This document shows positions 1 through 8,508 of a stretch of 38,514 nucleotides of DNA, piece by piece; position 1 is the stretch's first letter, and each line of letters begins with the position of its first letter. The position numbers and the translations under genes are program-made. The stretch spans positions 1-38,514 of the forward strand of contig DAOVWR010000001.1 of assembly GCA_030636545.1 (NCBI GenBank). Reading direction: 5' to 3'. Under the pieces are notes generated by a model that worked only from the letters and a program-made list of their open reading frames with translations, searched no databases and was not told the DNA's origin. Origin of the DNA: Mycoplasmatota bacterium. Its GTDB lineage: Bacteria > Bacillota_I > Bacilli_A > Izemoplasmatales > Izemoplasmataceae.

Positions 1-426
1 ACTAATATTTGAAATTATTTGGTTTGGGTCTACTTTAAGCTTATATCTTTCACTTAAATCAGTAATTTTTTTAATAGCAGCATCAAATTGTAAGAAACCA
101 TGTCTAGTATCTTCAAATCCTAGCACGATATTTTCAGCAACAGTAAAATTATGAACTAATTTAAAATGTTGATGAACCATTCCTATACCATAGGCATTTG
201 CATCGTTTGGATTACTGATTTGAACTTCTTCACCTCTTACTTTAATAATTCCTTCTTCTGGGACATATAAGCCAAATAAAACACTCATCAAAGTTGATTT
301 TCCAGCACCATTCTCACCTAGTAAAGCGTGAATTTCACCTTTTTTCAATTGAAGAGTAACATTATCGTTTGCTTTAATACCCGGAAATTCCTTTGTAATA
401 TTGAGCATTTCAACAATATATTCCAT
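1..426 (-). CDS. ABC transporter ATP-binding protein, N-terminal part (gene runs off the window at position 1); probable ATPase of the BMP-lipoprotein nucleoside/sugar importer
   Basis: Absent from the ORF track because it is open at the window edge. My reverse translation from ATG 426-424 gives MEYIVEMLNITKEFPGIKANDNVTLQLKKGEIHALLGENGAGKSTLMSVLFGLYVPEEGIIK..., with Walker A GENGAGKST. SD aaagaggtga lies just upstream. Position downstream of a BMP-family binding protein matches nupN/nupO-type operons. Confidence 0.85.
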   Translation of the reverse strand, partial: MEYIVEMLNITKEFPGIKANDNVTLQLKKGEIHALLGENGAGKSTLMSVLFGLYVPEEGIIKVRGEEVQISNPNDANAYGIGMVHQHFKLVHNFTVAENIVLGFEDTRHGFLQFDAAIKKITDLSERYKLKVDPNQIISNIS

Positions 427-460
427 TTCTTCACCTCTTTCTAAATATTTTAACATAATA

Positions 461-782
461 TTATATTTTATAAAAGAAAAAATATGTATACAAAATATTT
501 GATTCTTTTGGAATTATGACATCTTCTGGTGTGGCATTTTCGATACTTAGTCCATCATCATCCACAAATACAAAATAGACAGTGTTATCTACTTCTTTTA
601 AGGACTTGTTAATACTGAGTTTATTGACTAGACTGGTCAATATTAACACTTATCATATAATCATTACTGTCTTCAGTCGCGCTCATAAGATTTGTCCCTG
701 AATCACCTGTTACACAAAAAATTATTTCAACACCACATACATACAAACTTATAGCTTTATTTTTATGTTTGTCACTTAACAC
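461..782 (-). pseudogene. Two short overlapping ORFs in adjacent frames (GTG 782..621, 53 aa; 649..461, 62 aa); possible frameshifted remnant of one ~107-aa gene, no recognisable family
   Basis: The upstream ORF (VLSDKHKNKAISLYVCGVEIIFCVTGDSGTNLMSATEDSNDYMISVNIDQSSQ*) has SD taggtgg and stops at 623-621, inside the start of the track ORF 461..649. The frames differ by one nucleotide. I recognise no motif. Confidence 0.25.
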
Positions 783-820
783 GAAGCCACCTATATTTAA
801 TAAAAAAACATCATATACTC

Positions 821-850
821 AAAAAAAAAGGAAAGCAATTTTGCTTTCCT
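821..850 (-). terminator. Rho-independent terminator after the BMP lipoprotein gene
   Basis: Perfect 9-bp stem aggaaagca (829-837) / tgctttcct (842-850) with a 4-nt loop, followed on the minus strand by a run of 8 U (A-run 821-828 on plus). Confidence 0.85.
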
Positions 851-871
851 TAATTTTCTAATTGTGTAATA

Positions 872-1960
872 TTATTCAGTAGGACCAATAACATCTACTT
901 CAGAAGGATAATCTGCAGCGTTAGTATCAGCTAAGAAAGTAACTAATGCAGCGTAATCAGCAGGAACAACAACAGTTCCATCAGCTATATCAGCAAATAT
1001 TGCAGCGTATTGTGCACTTGTGAATGTAGTAAATCTTGAAGTATCCATAGGTAATGCAACACCATCGTTTGTAATACCTTTAGAAATAGTAGTTCCACCA
1101 ACGAACTCTCCATCAAGCCAAGCTTGAAGTTCTTGTTGAACAGCGTTTCCTAGGTTTTTCAAAGCAGTTTTTAATACTGTATCTGATAGTGCAGATTGAT
1201 CAATATCTACACCAATCATCATACCATTTTGATCTGCAGCAGCAGCCATAACTGAAGCTCCAGCTCCACCAGCAGCACTAAAGATTACTTCAGTACCATC
1301 AACGTACCAAGAAGCAGCTAAGTTTTTGAAGTTATCAGTAGGACCCCAATCTCCAAAGTAATGATAAGTAGCATCACCAAATGTGATTTGAATACCTAAT
1401 TCATCAGCAGCAAAGTAAGCACCAGCGATAAATCCAACACCGAATTTAACAACGGCAGGAACAGCCATTCCACCAGTGAATCCTAAACTAGTGTATCCGT
1501 CCATTACAGTAGCATATCCAGCTAAGAATCCAGCTTCATGTTCGTTAAATAAGATTGGTAAAGTGTTATCAGCAGTATTCCACGTAGTCCATGCAGCATC
1601 ATGAGGTTCACCATCGATTAAGATGAAATATACATCTGGGTGTAAATCTTGAGCAGCATATATACTTGGCTCAAATAAATATCCTGGAGTAATGATAATT
1701 TCTGCTCCACCTTCAACAGCAAGAGCGATTGCTTCTAAGTAAGCATCATCAGATACTTCTAAAGGTTTGTAGTATTTGTAAGAAATATCATTTTCTTCTG
1801 CAAATTCAACGATTCCTTCCCAAGTTCCTTGATTAAATGATTCGTCATCAATACCACCTGAATCGGTGATCATTGCAATTCTGTAAGTTTCAACTTTAGT
1901 ACAAGCGCTTAATCCAAGCACTAAAACCATAGCAGCAACTAAAACTAATAATTTTTTCAT
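872..1960 (-). CDS. BMP-family ABC transporter substrate-binding lipoprotein (PnrA/NupN-like, nucleoside binding)
   Basis: 362-aa ORF. Signal peptide plus lipobox MKKLLVLVAAMVLVLGLSAC. ITDSGGIDDESFNQ and GVDIDQS motifs are typical of Bmp/PnrA proteins. SD aggagg lies upstream of the ATG. Confidence 0.9.
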   Translation of the reverse strand: MKKLLVLVAAMVLVLGLSACTKVETYRIAMITDSGGIDDESFNQGTWEGIVEFAEENDISYKYYKPLEVSDDAYLEAIALAVEGGAEIIITPGYLFEPSIYAAQDLHPDVYFILIDGEPHDAAWTTWNTADNTLPILFNEHEAGFLAGYATVMDGYTSLGFTGGMAVPAVVKFGVGFIAGAYFAADELGIQITFGDATYHYFGDWGPTDNFKNLAASWYVDGTEVIFSAAGGAGASVMAAAADQNGMMIGVDIDQSALSDTVLKTALKNLGNAVQQELQAWLDGEFVGGTTISKGITNDGVALPMDTSRFTTFTSAQYAAIFADIADGTVVVPADYAALVTFLADTNAADYPSEVDVIGPTE

Positions 1961-1995
1961 TTTTTCCTCCTATTTTTTGTTTTTTATCTTATTTT

Positions 1996-2024
1996 ATTAT
2001 AGATAATTTAGCAGTTATTGTAAA
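1996..2024 (-). promoter_or_regulatory. Sigma-A-type promoter for the BMP/ABC operon
   Basis: Minus strand reads TTTACA - 17 nt - TATAAT (-35 at 2024-2019, -10 at 2001-1996). Confidence 0.55.
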
Positions 2025-2093
2025 GGGTTTTCACTTATTTTTTTCAAAATATGAATAAATACTCATTTGTTTTGAAAATTAAACAATATTTTA

Positions 2094-2119
2094 AATAAAA
2101 AAGCAGGTATTTAGCCTAC
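2094..2119 (-). terminator. Probable intrinsic terminator of rnj
   Basis: Minus-strand GUAGG-CUAAAUA-CCUGC hairpin (one G-U pair) overlapping the TAG stop, followed by UUUUUUAUUU. Confidence 0.5.
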
Positions 2120-3795
2120 TTGTTTGTTTGTGTATCAATTAGAACAGGAATAATTATCGGTCTACGTTTTGTTACTTGATAAAGATACTTACTAATATCA
2201 TCTTTTAACATCTGACGATAAACCTTCCAGTCAATATATTTGTTTTTAAGAATCTTATCAGATACTTTATAAAAAATAGCCTCTACTTCTTTAATTAATT
2301 CTTCATTTTCTTTCATATAAATGAATCCTCGAGAAACTATTTCTGGACTAGTAATTACTCTTTTTTCTCTTGCTTCAATATTCGCAATGATAAGTAACAC
2401 ACCGTCTTGAGAGAGTAATTCTCTGTCTCTTAAAACAGCATCATGGAGATCTCCATCTAATATTCCATCGACTAAAATATCACCACTTTTGATTCTTTCT
2501 TTAGTATTAACTACTTTTCCTTCATCTAGTTGAAGAACTGTCCCATTATCTAATACAAAGACCGTATCTTCGCTGTATCCGTGTTGAATACAAAGATGAT
2601 TCATAGCGTATTGATGGCGATATTCACCAATTACAGGAATAATATATTTTGGATTTAAGATATTTATTAATAGTTTAATATCTTCGCTACCAGCATGAGA
2701 TGGTGGTAAGATAGCTTTATTTATTTTTACTACGTTCGTATCATAACGATATAAGATATCTAACGTTCTAGCAGCAATCTTTTCAGTTCCAGGAATTGGT
2801 GGTGTCATTAAGATAATTGTATCATCTTTGTTGATATGGATAAGTTTATCTTGTTTCTTAACCATTCTTTGGAGCATATAGAATGGTTCATGTCTATCAC
2901 CAGTAACTAAAACAACGGCATCTTTAAGTTCATTTTTATTTTTATCATCAATAAATCTTAAACTTTTTAAACTGTCTTTTGGGATCTTTAAGTAGTCTAA
3001 ATTGACTGCAATATCGACTGTTCTTTGAGTTTTTCGACCGATTATTGCGATTTTTCGTTCGTATTTCAAAGCAATATCAATAATTTTTTGAATTCTAACT
3101 AAATCAGTCGAAAAAGCAGAGACAATAATTCTCCCTTTTGAGTGATAAAAAGTTTGATTTAATGTGTAATCTAAAGCTTCTGTGCTGTGTGTGTAGCCAA
3201 TTCTTTCTGCACCTAATGATTCAACAAGTAATGCTAAAACTTTTTGTCCAGCAATATATGATAGTTTTTCAAAATCAGTTTTATAGACACCTGTCACATT
3301 TTGATCAAAGGTAAAATCAGGTGCATAAACGATAATTCCATCCATTGTTGTGATCGCAATTCCTTGTGATTCGGGGATAGAGTGAGTAACTCGATAAAAA
3401 TCAACTTTTATATTATCGAAAGTTAACGTTTTTCTTGAAGATACGGTGATAAATTTATAATCGATTAAATCCAGTCCTTGGTCCGTAATAGCGTCTTTTA
3501 AAATCGCTAAGGTAAAGTAAGAAGCAAAGATGGGGATATTAATAGCTTTTAAGAGTTTTGGGACAGCACCAATATGATCTTCATGTCCATGACTAAGAAA
3601 AAGACCAATAATTCGGCTTTTGTTTTTTTCTAAATAACTAAAATCAGGAATTATTGAGTCTACACCAAATAATTCATGAGTTGGGTATTTTAATCCAGCA
3701 TCTAGTATAAATATCTTATTATCAACATCCACACAATACATATTTTTTCCGTTTTCGCCAAGTCCACCTAGGGCAAATATTTTAATTCTGCTCAT
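2116..3795 (-). CDS. rnj: Ribonuclease J (metallo-beta-lactamase/beta-CASP RNase)
   Basis: 559-aa ORF. N-terminus MSRIKIFALGGLGENGKNMY, the HxHxDH motif LSHGHEDHIG and the overall length are typical of RNase J1/J2. SD aggagggac is upstream. Confidence 0.95.
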   Translation of the reverse strand: MSRIKIFALGGLGENGKNMYCVDVDNKIFILDAGLKYPTHELFGVDSIIPDFSYLEKNKSRIIGLFLSHGHEDHIGAVPKLLKAINIPIFASYFTLAILKDAITDQGLDLIDYKFITVSSRKTLTFDNIKVDFYRVTHSIPESQGIAITTMDGIIVYAPDFTFDQNVTGVYKTDFEKLSYIAGQKVLALLVESLGAERIGYTHSTEALDYTLNQTFYHSKGRIIVSAFSTDLVRIQKIIDIALKYERKIAIIGRKTQRTVDIAVNLDYLKIPKDSLKSLRFIDDKNKNELKDAVVLVTGDRHEPFYMLQRMVKKQDKLIHINKDDTIILMTPPIPGTEKIAARTLDILYRYDTNVVKINKAILPPSHAGSEDIKLLINILNPKYIIPVIGEYRHQYAMNHLCIQHGYSEDTVFVLDNGTVLQLDEGKVVNTKERIKSGDILVDGILDGDLHDAVLRDRELLSQDGVLLIIANIEAREKRVITSPEIVSRGFIYMKENEELIKEVEAIFYKVSDKILKNKYIDWKVYRQMLKDDISKYLYQVTKRRPIIIPVLIDTQTNK

Positions 3796-3953
3796 AATGT
3801 CCCTCCTTTTTATAATTGTCTTTAATTCTTAAATATTATAACACAATATCAGATTAATAGTAGTAAATGTGTGGTAATTAACCATTTTTATCAATACAAA
3901 AATGTATATTTTAACGATACTTTATGATATATTTATTTGTAAGGAGTGGTTTT

Positions 3954-4529
3954 ATGATTAATTATCCAAATAAAAAAGCAAATTTCATAAAAACTAAAAC
4001 TGATCATTCTAATCGGGGAATGTCTTTTGAGAATATTATTAATGAAACAAATGAATATTATCTAGCCCACGATAAAGCGGTAATTCATAAAAAACCAATT
4101 CCAATCCAAATTGTAAAAGTTGACTACCCTTCAAGAAGTGGGGCAGTTATTAAGGAAGCTTACTACAAAGTTCCATCTACAACGGATTATAATGGTATTT
4201 ATAAAGGTAAATATATTGATTTTGAAGCAAAAGAGACAGTGAATAAAACAAGTTTTCCATTATCAAATATTCATTTACATCAAATAACACACTTAGAAAG
4301 TATTATGAAACATGATGGTATTAGTTTCTTATTAATTTTCTTCAAATCGCTCGATAAAATCTATTTACTAGAAACTAAATACTTAGTGGAATACTATAAT
4401 CGTAGCAAGGAAGGAAGAAAATCAATTAAATATGCGGAAATAAAAGAAAACGGATATCTAATTAAAGAAGGATATAGTCCAAGAGTTGACTACTTAAAAG
4501 CAGTTGATAAAATCATAAAAAAAGGCTAA
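3954..4529 (+). CDS. recU: Holliday junction resolvase RecU
   Basis: Track ORF 3924..4529. I prefer the ATG at 3954 (MINYPNKK...), 8 nt after SD aaggag. The [12 protein letters not shown] and YIDFEAKET motifs fit RecU. Confidence 0.88.
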   Translation: MINYPNKKANFIKTKTDHSNRGMSFENIINETNEYYLAHDKAVIHKKPIPIQIVKVDYPSRSGAVIKEAYYKVPSTTDYNGIYKGKYIDFEAKETVNKTSFPLSNIHLHQITHLESIMKHDGISFLLIFFKSLDKIYLLETKYLVEYYNRSKEGRKSIKYAEIKENGYLIKEGYSPRVDYLKAVDKIIKKG

Positions 4530-4542
4530 AATTAGCCTTTTT
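4519..4542. terminator. Bidirectional terminator between convergent recU and glgC
   Basis: aaaaaaggctaaaattagcctttttatttt: the GGCUA(A)/(U)UAGCC stem is flanked by an A-run and a T-run and overlaps both stop codons (4527-4529 and 4541-4543). Confidence 0.7.
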
Positions 4543-5767
4543 ATTTTAATGTACTACCTGTTTCAATAACTTTTTTTGTAAATTTAGCGCTTGAAAATAT
4601 TCGACAGTTTCTTTTAATGATAGTTCCTGAAGGAATTGTTACACTTGATCCGATAATATTTATACCACTAAATAGTACTTCTGGATTATCAATATTCGGT
4701 GATACATCATCTCCATCACCAATTATAACATTTTCTTCAATAATACAACGTTTATCGATTATTGCTCTTTCAATGTATGCGCCAGGCATTACTTCAGTAT
4801 CATTTAAGATAACAGAGTCAATTACTGTAGCACCAGGATGAACAACGACCCCAGGGCTTAAGACACTTCTTGTGACATTACCTGCAATTATACAACCATT
4901 TGATAATAATGCTTGACTAATCACGGCTTTACTACCGATTTTAACACTAGGCATTTCTTCACTCTTAGTATGAATTTTCCAATCTTTGTCATACATATCA
5001 AGTTTAATTTTATCAACAGTTGTTGTTAGTTCGATACTTGCATCTAAATAAGCATCATAAGTTCCAACGTCTTTCCAATAATCTTCAAAGACATAAGTAT
5101 ACAAGTCTGTAGTTTTTAATAAATGAGGAATAATATGTTTCCCGAAATCTAGTTTAGGATCTTTAACTGTTGTGATTGCATCTAATAAAACATCAGTATT
5201 AAAGACATAAATACCCATTGATGCTAAATTACTATCAGCATTTTTTGGTTTTTCTGTAAACCTAATGATTTTATTGTTGTCATCACTTGTTAAAATACCA
5301 AAATGATGAGTATCTTTCCAAGGTACTGGTTGAACAGCAATTGTTAATTTCGCATTATTCTCAATGTGAAAATCTATCATTTTTTGATAATTCATCTTGT
5401 AAACATGGTCGCCTGACAAGATAAGAATATATTTAGGATCTTTTCTTTTAATATATTCAATATTTTGAAGCACAGCATCAGCTGTCCCAGCATACCATTC
5501 TTTATAGGGTTGAAGTAAACTTATACTTGAATCTCTTCTATTTAAATCCCATTCTGCACCCATTCCAATATGTTCATTAAGTGATAACGGTAAATATTGA
5601 GTAAGAATCCCAATATTATGAATACCTGAATTTGTACAATTACTTAATGTAAAATCAACAATACGATATTTTCCAGCAAATGGAACAGCTGGTTTAACTC
5701 TGTTTTCAGAAAGGATATCAAGTCTACTACCACGACCTCCGGCTAGTATTAAGGCTAATGTTTCCAT
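4541..5767 (-). CDS. glgC: Glucose-1-phosphate adenylyltransferase
   Basis: 408-aa ORF with the nucleotidyltransferase motif LILAGGRGSRL...KPAVPFAGKYRIVDF and a C-terminal left-handed beta-helix repeat region. SD aaggggg. Its start lies 1 nt after the glgA stop. Confidence 0.9.
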   Translation of the reverse strand: METLALILAGGRGSRLDILSENRVKPAVPFAGKYRIVDFTLSNCTNSGIHNIGILTQYLPLSLNEHIGMGAEWDLNRRDSSISLLQPYKEWYAGTADAVLQNIEYIKRKDPKYILILSGDHVYKMNYQKMIDFHIENNAKLTIAVQPVPWKDTHHFGILTSDDNNKIIRFTEKPKNADSNLASMGIYVFNTDVLLDAITTVKDPKLDFGKHIIPHLLKTTDLYTYVFEDYWKDVGTYDAYLDASIELTTTVDKIKLDMYDKDWKIHTKSEEMPSVKIGSKAVISQALLSNGCIIAGNVTRSVLSPGVVVHPGATVIDSVILNDTEVMPGAYIERAIIDKRCIIEENVIIGDGDDVSPNIDNPEVLFSGINIIGSSVTIPSGTIIKRNCRIFSSAKFTKKVIETGSTLK

Positions 5768-5768
5768 G

Positions 5769-7193
5769 TTATTCCCCCTTTAACTTCTTATATAGTTCTA
5801 GATATTTTTTAGCTGACTGTTCCCAACTAAAATCTTTTTCCATTACTCTTCTTACTAAAGTTTTCCATACTGGTTTATTAGAATATACTTCAAGTGCAGT
5901 ATCAATTGCATCTGCTAAATCTACTGAATCGTAGTTTTCAAAGCTAAAACCAGTACCTTCATTAGTAAATTTATTATATGAATCAATACTATCTTTTAAT
6001 CCACCAGTTTTTCTAACTATTGGCAATGATCCATATTTTAAACTGATTAATTGTGCTAATCCACATGGTTCAAAGCGAGAAGGCATTAAAAACATATCTG
6101 TTCCAGCATATATTTTTCTGGCTAGTGGTTCACTATAGCCAATATAGACACCAACATTGTTAGAATATCTTTCTTTCAAGTAGTTATAGAATTCTTCAAT
6201 TTGTGCATCACCACTACCGAGTAAGACAAATTGGAATTTATTAGTACTAACATATTCTTCAATAATTTCTTTAATTAGTTCAAACCCTTTAGCTTCAGTA
6301 AGTCTTGTGACCATACTAATGATAGGCAAATCATTTCTTTCTAAGTTAAAGAATTCTCGTAAAGCTTCTTTATTTTCTTTTTTACCTTTTAAATAATTAT
6401 AAGGACTATAGTTGTAGACGATATTAGGATCGATTTTAGGATTAAACTTCTCATAATCTAACACATTTATAATTCCAAATAACGTATCTTCTCGTGATTT
6501 TAAGATTTCACTCATTCCAAATCCATAATAATCATAGAGAATTTCTTTTGAGTAAGTATCAGATACAGTCGTAACATAATCTGCGGAATTTATTCCGCAT
6601 TTTAAGAAATTAATGTTGTTGTTAAATTCTAGTTCATCACCAAATTCAACATTCAAATACTTCAATAAGTGTTTCGAGAAAACCCCTTGATAAGCGATAT
6701 TATGAATTGTGAAGAGAGTTTTCATATGTTTATATTTTTCTAAATGTTTATAGTTTTTGTTAAAGATGAATGGAATTAGGCCAGCAGTCCAATCATTCAC
6801 ATGAATAATGTCTGGATAATAATTAAGGTGTTCAAACATTTGCATAACAGCATTATTAAAGAATCCGTATCGTTCACCATCATCATAATGACCATATAAT
6901 GTATCACGATATCCAAAATAATACTCATTATCAATAAAATAATAGATTACTCCGTCTCTTTCAATTGATTCAATTCCACAATATTCTTCTTTATCACCTA
7001 CCGTGACTCTGTATTTACAAAGTGGATGCATTTGACTATTAAATTTCTCTTTTGTAACTCCGTGTTTAGGTAAAACCACTCTCACATCGTTACCAAGATT
7101 AACTAATTCTTTAGGTAAAGCACCTAAAACATCAGCCAATCCGCCTGTTTTCGAGAAGGGTGTTGCCTCACTTCCGACAAATAGTATTTTCAT
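5769..7193 (-). CDS. glgA: Glycogen synthase (ADP-glucose type, GT5)
   Basis: 474-aa ORF. MKILFVGSEATPFSKTGGLADVLGALPKEL contains the KTGGL motif, and the C-terminal PSRFEPCGL motif is present. Confidence 0.92.
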   Translation of the reverse strand: MKILFVGSEATPFSKTGGLADVLGALPKELVNLGNDVRVVLPKHGVTKEKFNSQMHPLCKYRVTVGDKEEYCGIESIERDGVIYYFIDNEYYFGYRDTLYGHYDDGERYGFFNNAVMQMFEHLNYYPDIIHVNDWTAGLIPFIFNKNYKHLEKYKHMKTLFTIHNIAYQGVFSKHLLKYLNVEFGDELEFNNNINFLKCGINSADYVTTVSDTYSKEILYDYYGFGMSEILKSREDTLFGIINVLDYEKFNPKIDPNIVYNYSPYNYLKGKKENKEALREFFNLERNDLPIISMVTRLTEAKGFELIKEIIEEYVSTNKFQFVLLGSGDAQIEEFYNYLKERYSNNVGVYIGYSEPLARKIYAGTDMFLMPSRFEPCGLAQLISLKYGSLPIVRKTGGLKDSIDSYNKFTNEGTGFSFENYDSVDLADAIDTALEVYSNKPVWKTLVRRVMEKDFSWEQSAKKYLELYKKLKGE

Positions 7194-7260
7194 CGTATTC
7201 CTCCTTTTATTATCATTTTAATTATACCAAAAAAATGGTGATTTGTTTAAACAAAATTAG

Positions 7261-7290
7261 AAAATAAAAAAAGACATAGAAATATGCCTT
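7261..7290 (-). terminator. Probable intrinsic terminator after thiT
   Basis: Minus strand AAGGCAUA-UUUC-UAUGUCUU (one G-U pair) followed by UUUUUAUUUU, directly after the stop at 7292-7294. Confidence 0.6.
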
Positions 7291-7291
7291 T

Positions 7292-7822
7292 TTATAAATA
7301 TTGAATAATGCGATCTTTTACTGCTAATCCAATAATAATACATAGAACTACTGAAATAGTCATATATGGTAGATTATAAAAGATAAATGAGTAAATAAAT
7401 GCCCCCTCAGTTCCTGCAAACTGTGAAAAGAATATAACACCACTCAAACTATGCATTAAGTATCTTAAAAATCCACCAAGCAAAATACCCTTAATAAACC
7501 CTTTGTTACTTTGTAAAGCACTATCTTTAAATACTCCTGCAAACCCAAGTACTGTGAATGCGAGGAAATAGTCAAAAATTATTGATCCCCAGTGAATTAC
7601 GAACCCTCCTAGACCAAAATTGATGATTCCAAAAATAAATCCTGCAATTAAGCCATCCTTAACTCCATATTTATACGCAATAAAGAAAATTGGTAACATT
7701 CCTAAACTGGCACTACCACCTTGTGGCATATGTAAGAATGGAATAAAAGTTGAAATTGCTTCTAACACTCCTGCAATCGCGATTAAAACTGCGATTTCGG
7801 TAATTCTTTTTGTTTCTTTCAT
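7292..7822 (-). CDS. thiT: ECF-transporter S component for thiamine (ThiT)
   Basis: 176-aa six-TM protein (MKETKRITEIAVLIAIAGVLE...MPQGGS...). It sits immediately downstream of a TPP riboswitch. Confidence 0.85.
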   Translation of the reverse strand: MKETKRITEIAVLIAIAGVLEAISTFIPFLHMPQGGSASLGMLPIFFIAYKYGVKDGLIAGFIFGIINFGLGGFVIHWGSIIFDYFLAFTVLGFAGVFKDSALQSNKGFIKGILLGGFLRYLMHSLSGVIFFSQFAGTEGAFIYSFIFYNLPYMTISVVLCIIIGLAVKDRIIQYL

Positions 7823-7837
7823 ATTTTTTCCTCCTCA

Positions 7838-7987
7838 AAATAAAAAGTTTTGTCCTAACTCAGGACAAAACTAAATTCAAAGTAAGAAATACTTTAAATC
7901 TTATCCTACGCTGGCATTATCCAGATCAGGTATGGTCTATTCTAGTTTCAAGAATACTCTCAGCCTAGTTCTCTAAGCTCCCTGACT
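7838..7987 (-). promoter_or_regulatory. TPP (THI-box) riboswitch with terminator expression platform
   Basis: Minus strand contains CUGAGAG (7963-7957) and ACCUGAUCUGGAUAAUGCCAGCGUAGGA (7931-7904), the conserved TPP aptamer cores. The downstream hairpin AGUUUUGUCCU-GAGUU-AGGACAAAACU (7872-7846) plus UUUUUAUUUU ends just before SD gaggagg. Confidence 0.92.
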
Positions 7988-8000
7988 TTAAGACATTTTA

Positions 8001-8029
8001 ATTATATATAGTTTCTTATTATAAAGCAA
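8001..8029 (-). promoter_or_regulatory. Promoter of the thiT riboswitch transcript
   Basis: Minus strand TTGCTT - 17 nt - TATAAT (-35 at 8029-8024, -10 at 8006-8001), about 10 nt upstream of the aptamer. Confidence 0.55.
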
Positions 8030-8032
8030 GTA

Positions 8033-8365
8033 TTACCAAATATTTGCGAGAACTATTATCATATAGTTAAAGAATGAAAATAATAAACCAATTGGTGATA
8101 ACAATAATCCTGTGACTGTTTTCCAAATTCTCACATCAGGACCTAACTTGTTTAGATTGTAGACAACAAGTAAGTAAATAAAGACAAAGAATCCCACGAT
8201 AAAGAAGATTCCTGCGGGTAATACTAGTGCCATTAACCAAATTGTTATATCTCCATCTGATAAAATAATTAATGATAAAGTCAAAACATTTACAACAAAC
8301 ATTCCAGTTAAGATGTTAAAGAGAATACTTTCATATTTACTATAGTTTTTTGCGATTTTTTCCAT
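8033..8365 (-). CDS. Hypothetical small membrane protein (3-4 TM), no recognised family
   Basis: 110-aa ORF with SD aaaggag 7 nt before the ATG and strongly hydrophobic segments. It lies between the pdp terminator and the thiT promoter. Confidence 0.6.
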   Translation of the reverse strand: MEKIAKNYSKYESILFNILTGMFVVNVLTLSLIILSDGDITIWLMALVLPAGIFFIVGFFVFIYLLVVYNLNKLGPDVRIWKTVTGLLLSPIGLLFSFFNYMIIVLANIW

Positions 8366-8480
8366 ATTAAGCTCCTTTTCTTATTGTACTGAACAGCCAG
8401 CAAAGGTCATTATTATAAAATATATAAAATGATACCGCTATTCCCATAATACCAATTATTAGTTCGAATATAAAAGAATA

Positions 8481-8508
8481 TGCAAAGAAAAAGGCCAATC
8501 GGCCTTTT
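8481..8508 (-). terminator. Intrinsic terminator after pdp
   Basis: Minus strand UAA-AAGGCC-GAUU-GGCCUU-UUUCUUUGC: a perfect GC-rich 6-bp stem immediately after the stop codon. Confidence 0.8.

Noticed and set aside
2039-2085. Imperfect palindrome ttttcaaaa-N20-ttttgaaaa upstream of the BMP promoter, considered as a CodY-type or other operator
   Set aside because: The halves only loosely resemble the AATTTTCWGAAAATT CodY box (each lacks 1-2 positions). A/T-rich palindromes of this kind occur by chance at this base composition.
4617-4841. 74-aa plus-strand ORF
   Set aside because: Entirely antisense to the well-supported glgC. No SD, and low-complexity translation. An artefact of AT-rich sequence.
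7620-7874. 84-aa plus-strand ORF
   Set aside because: Antisense to thiT and running through the riboswitch terminator. No translation signals.
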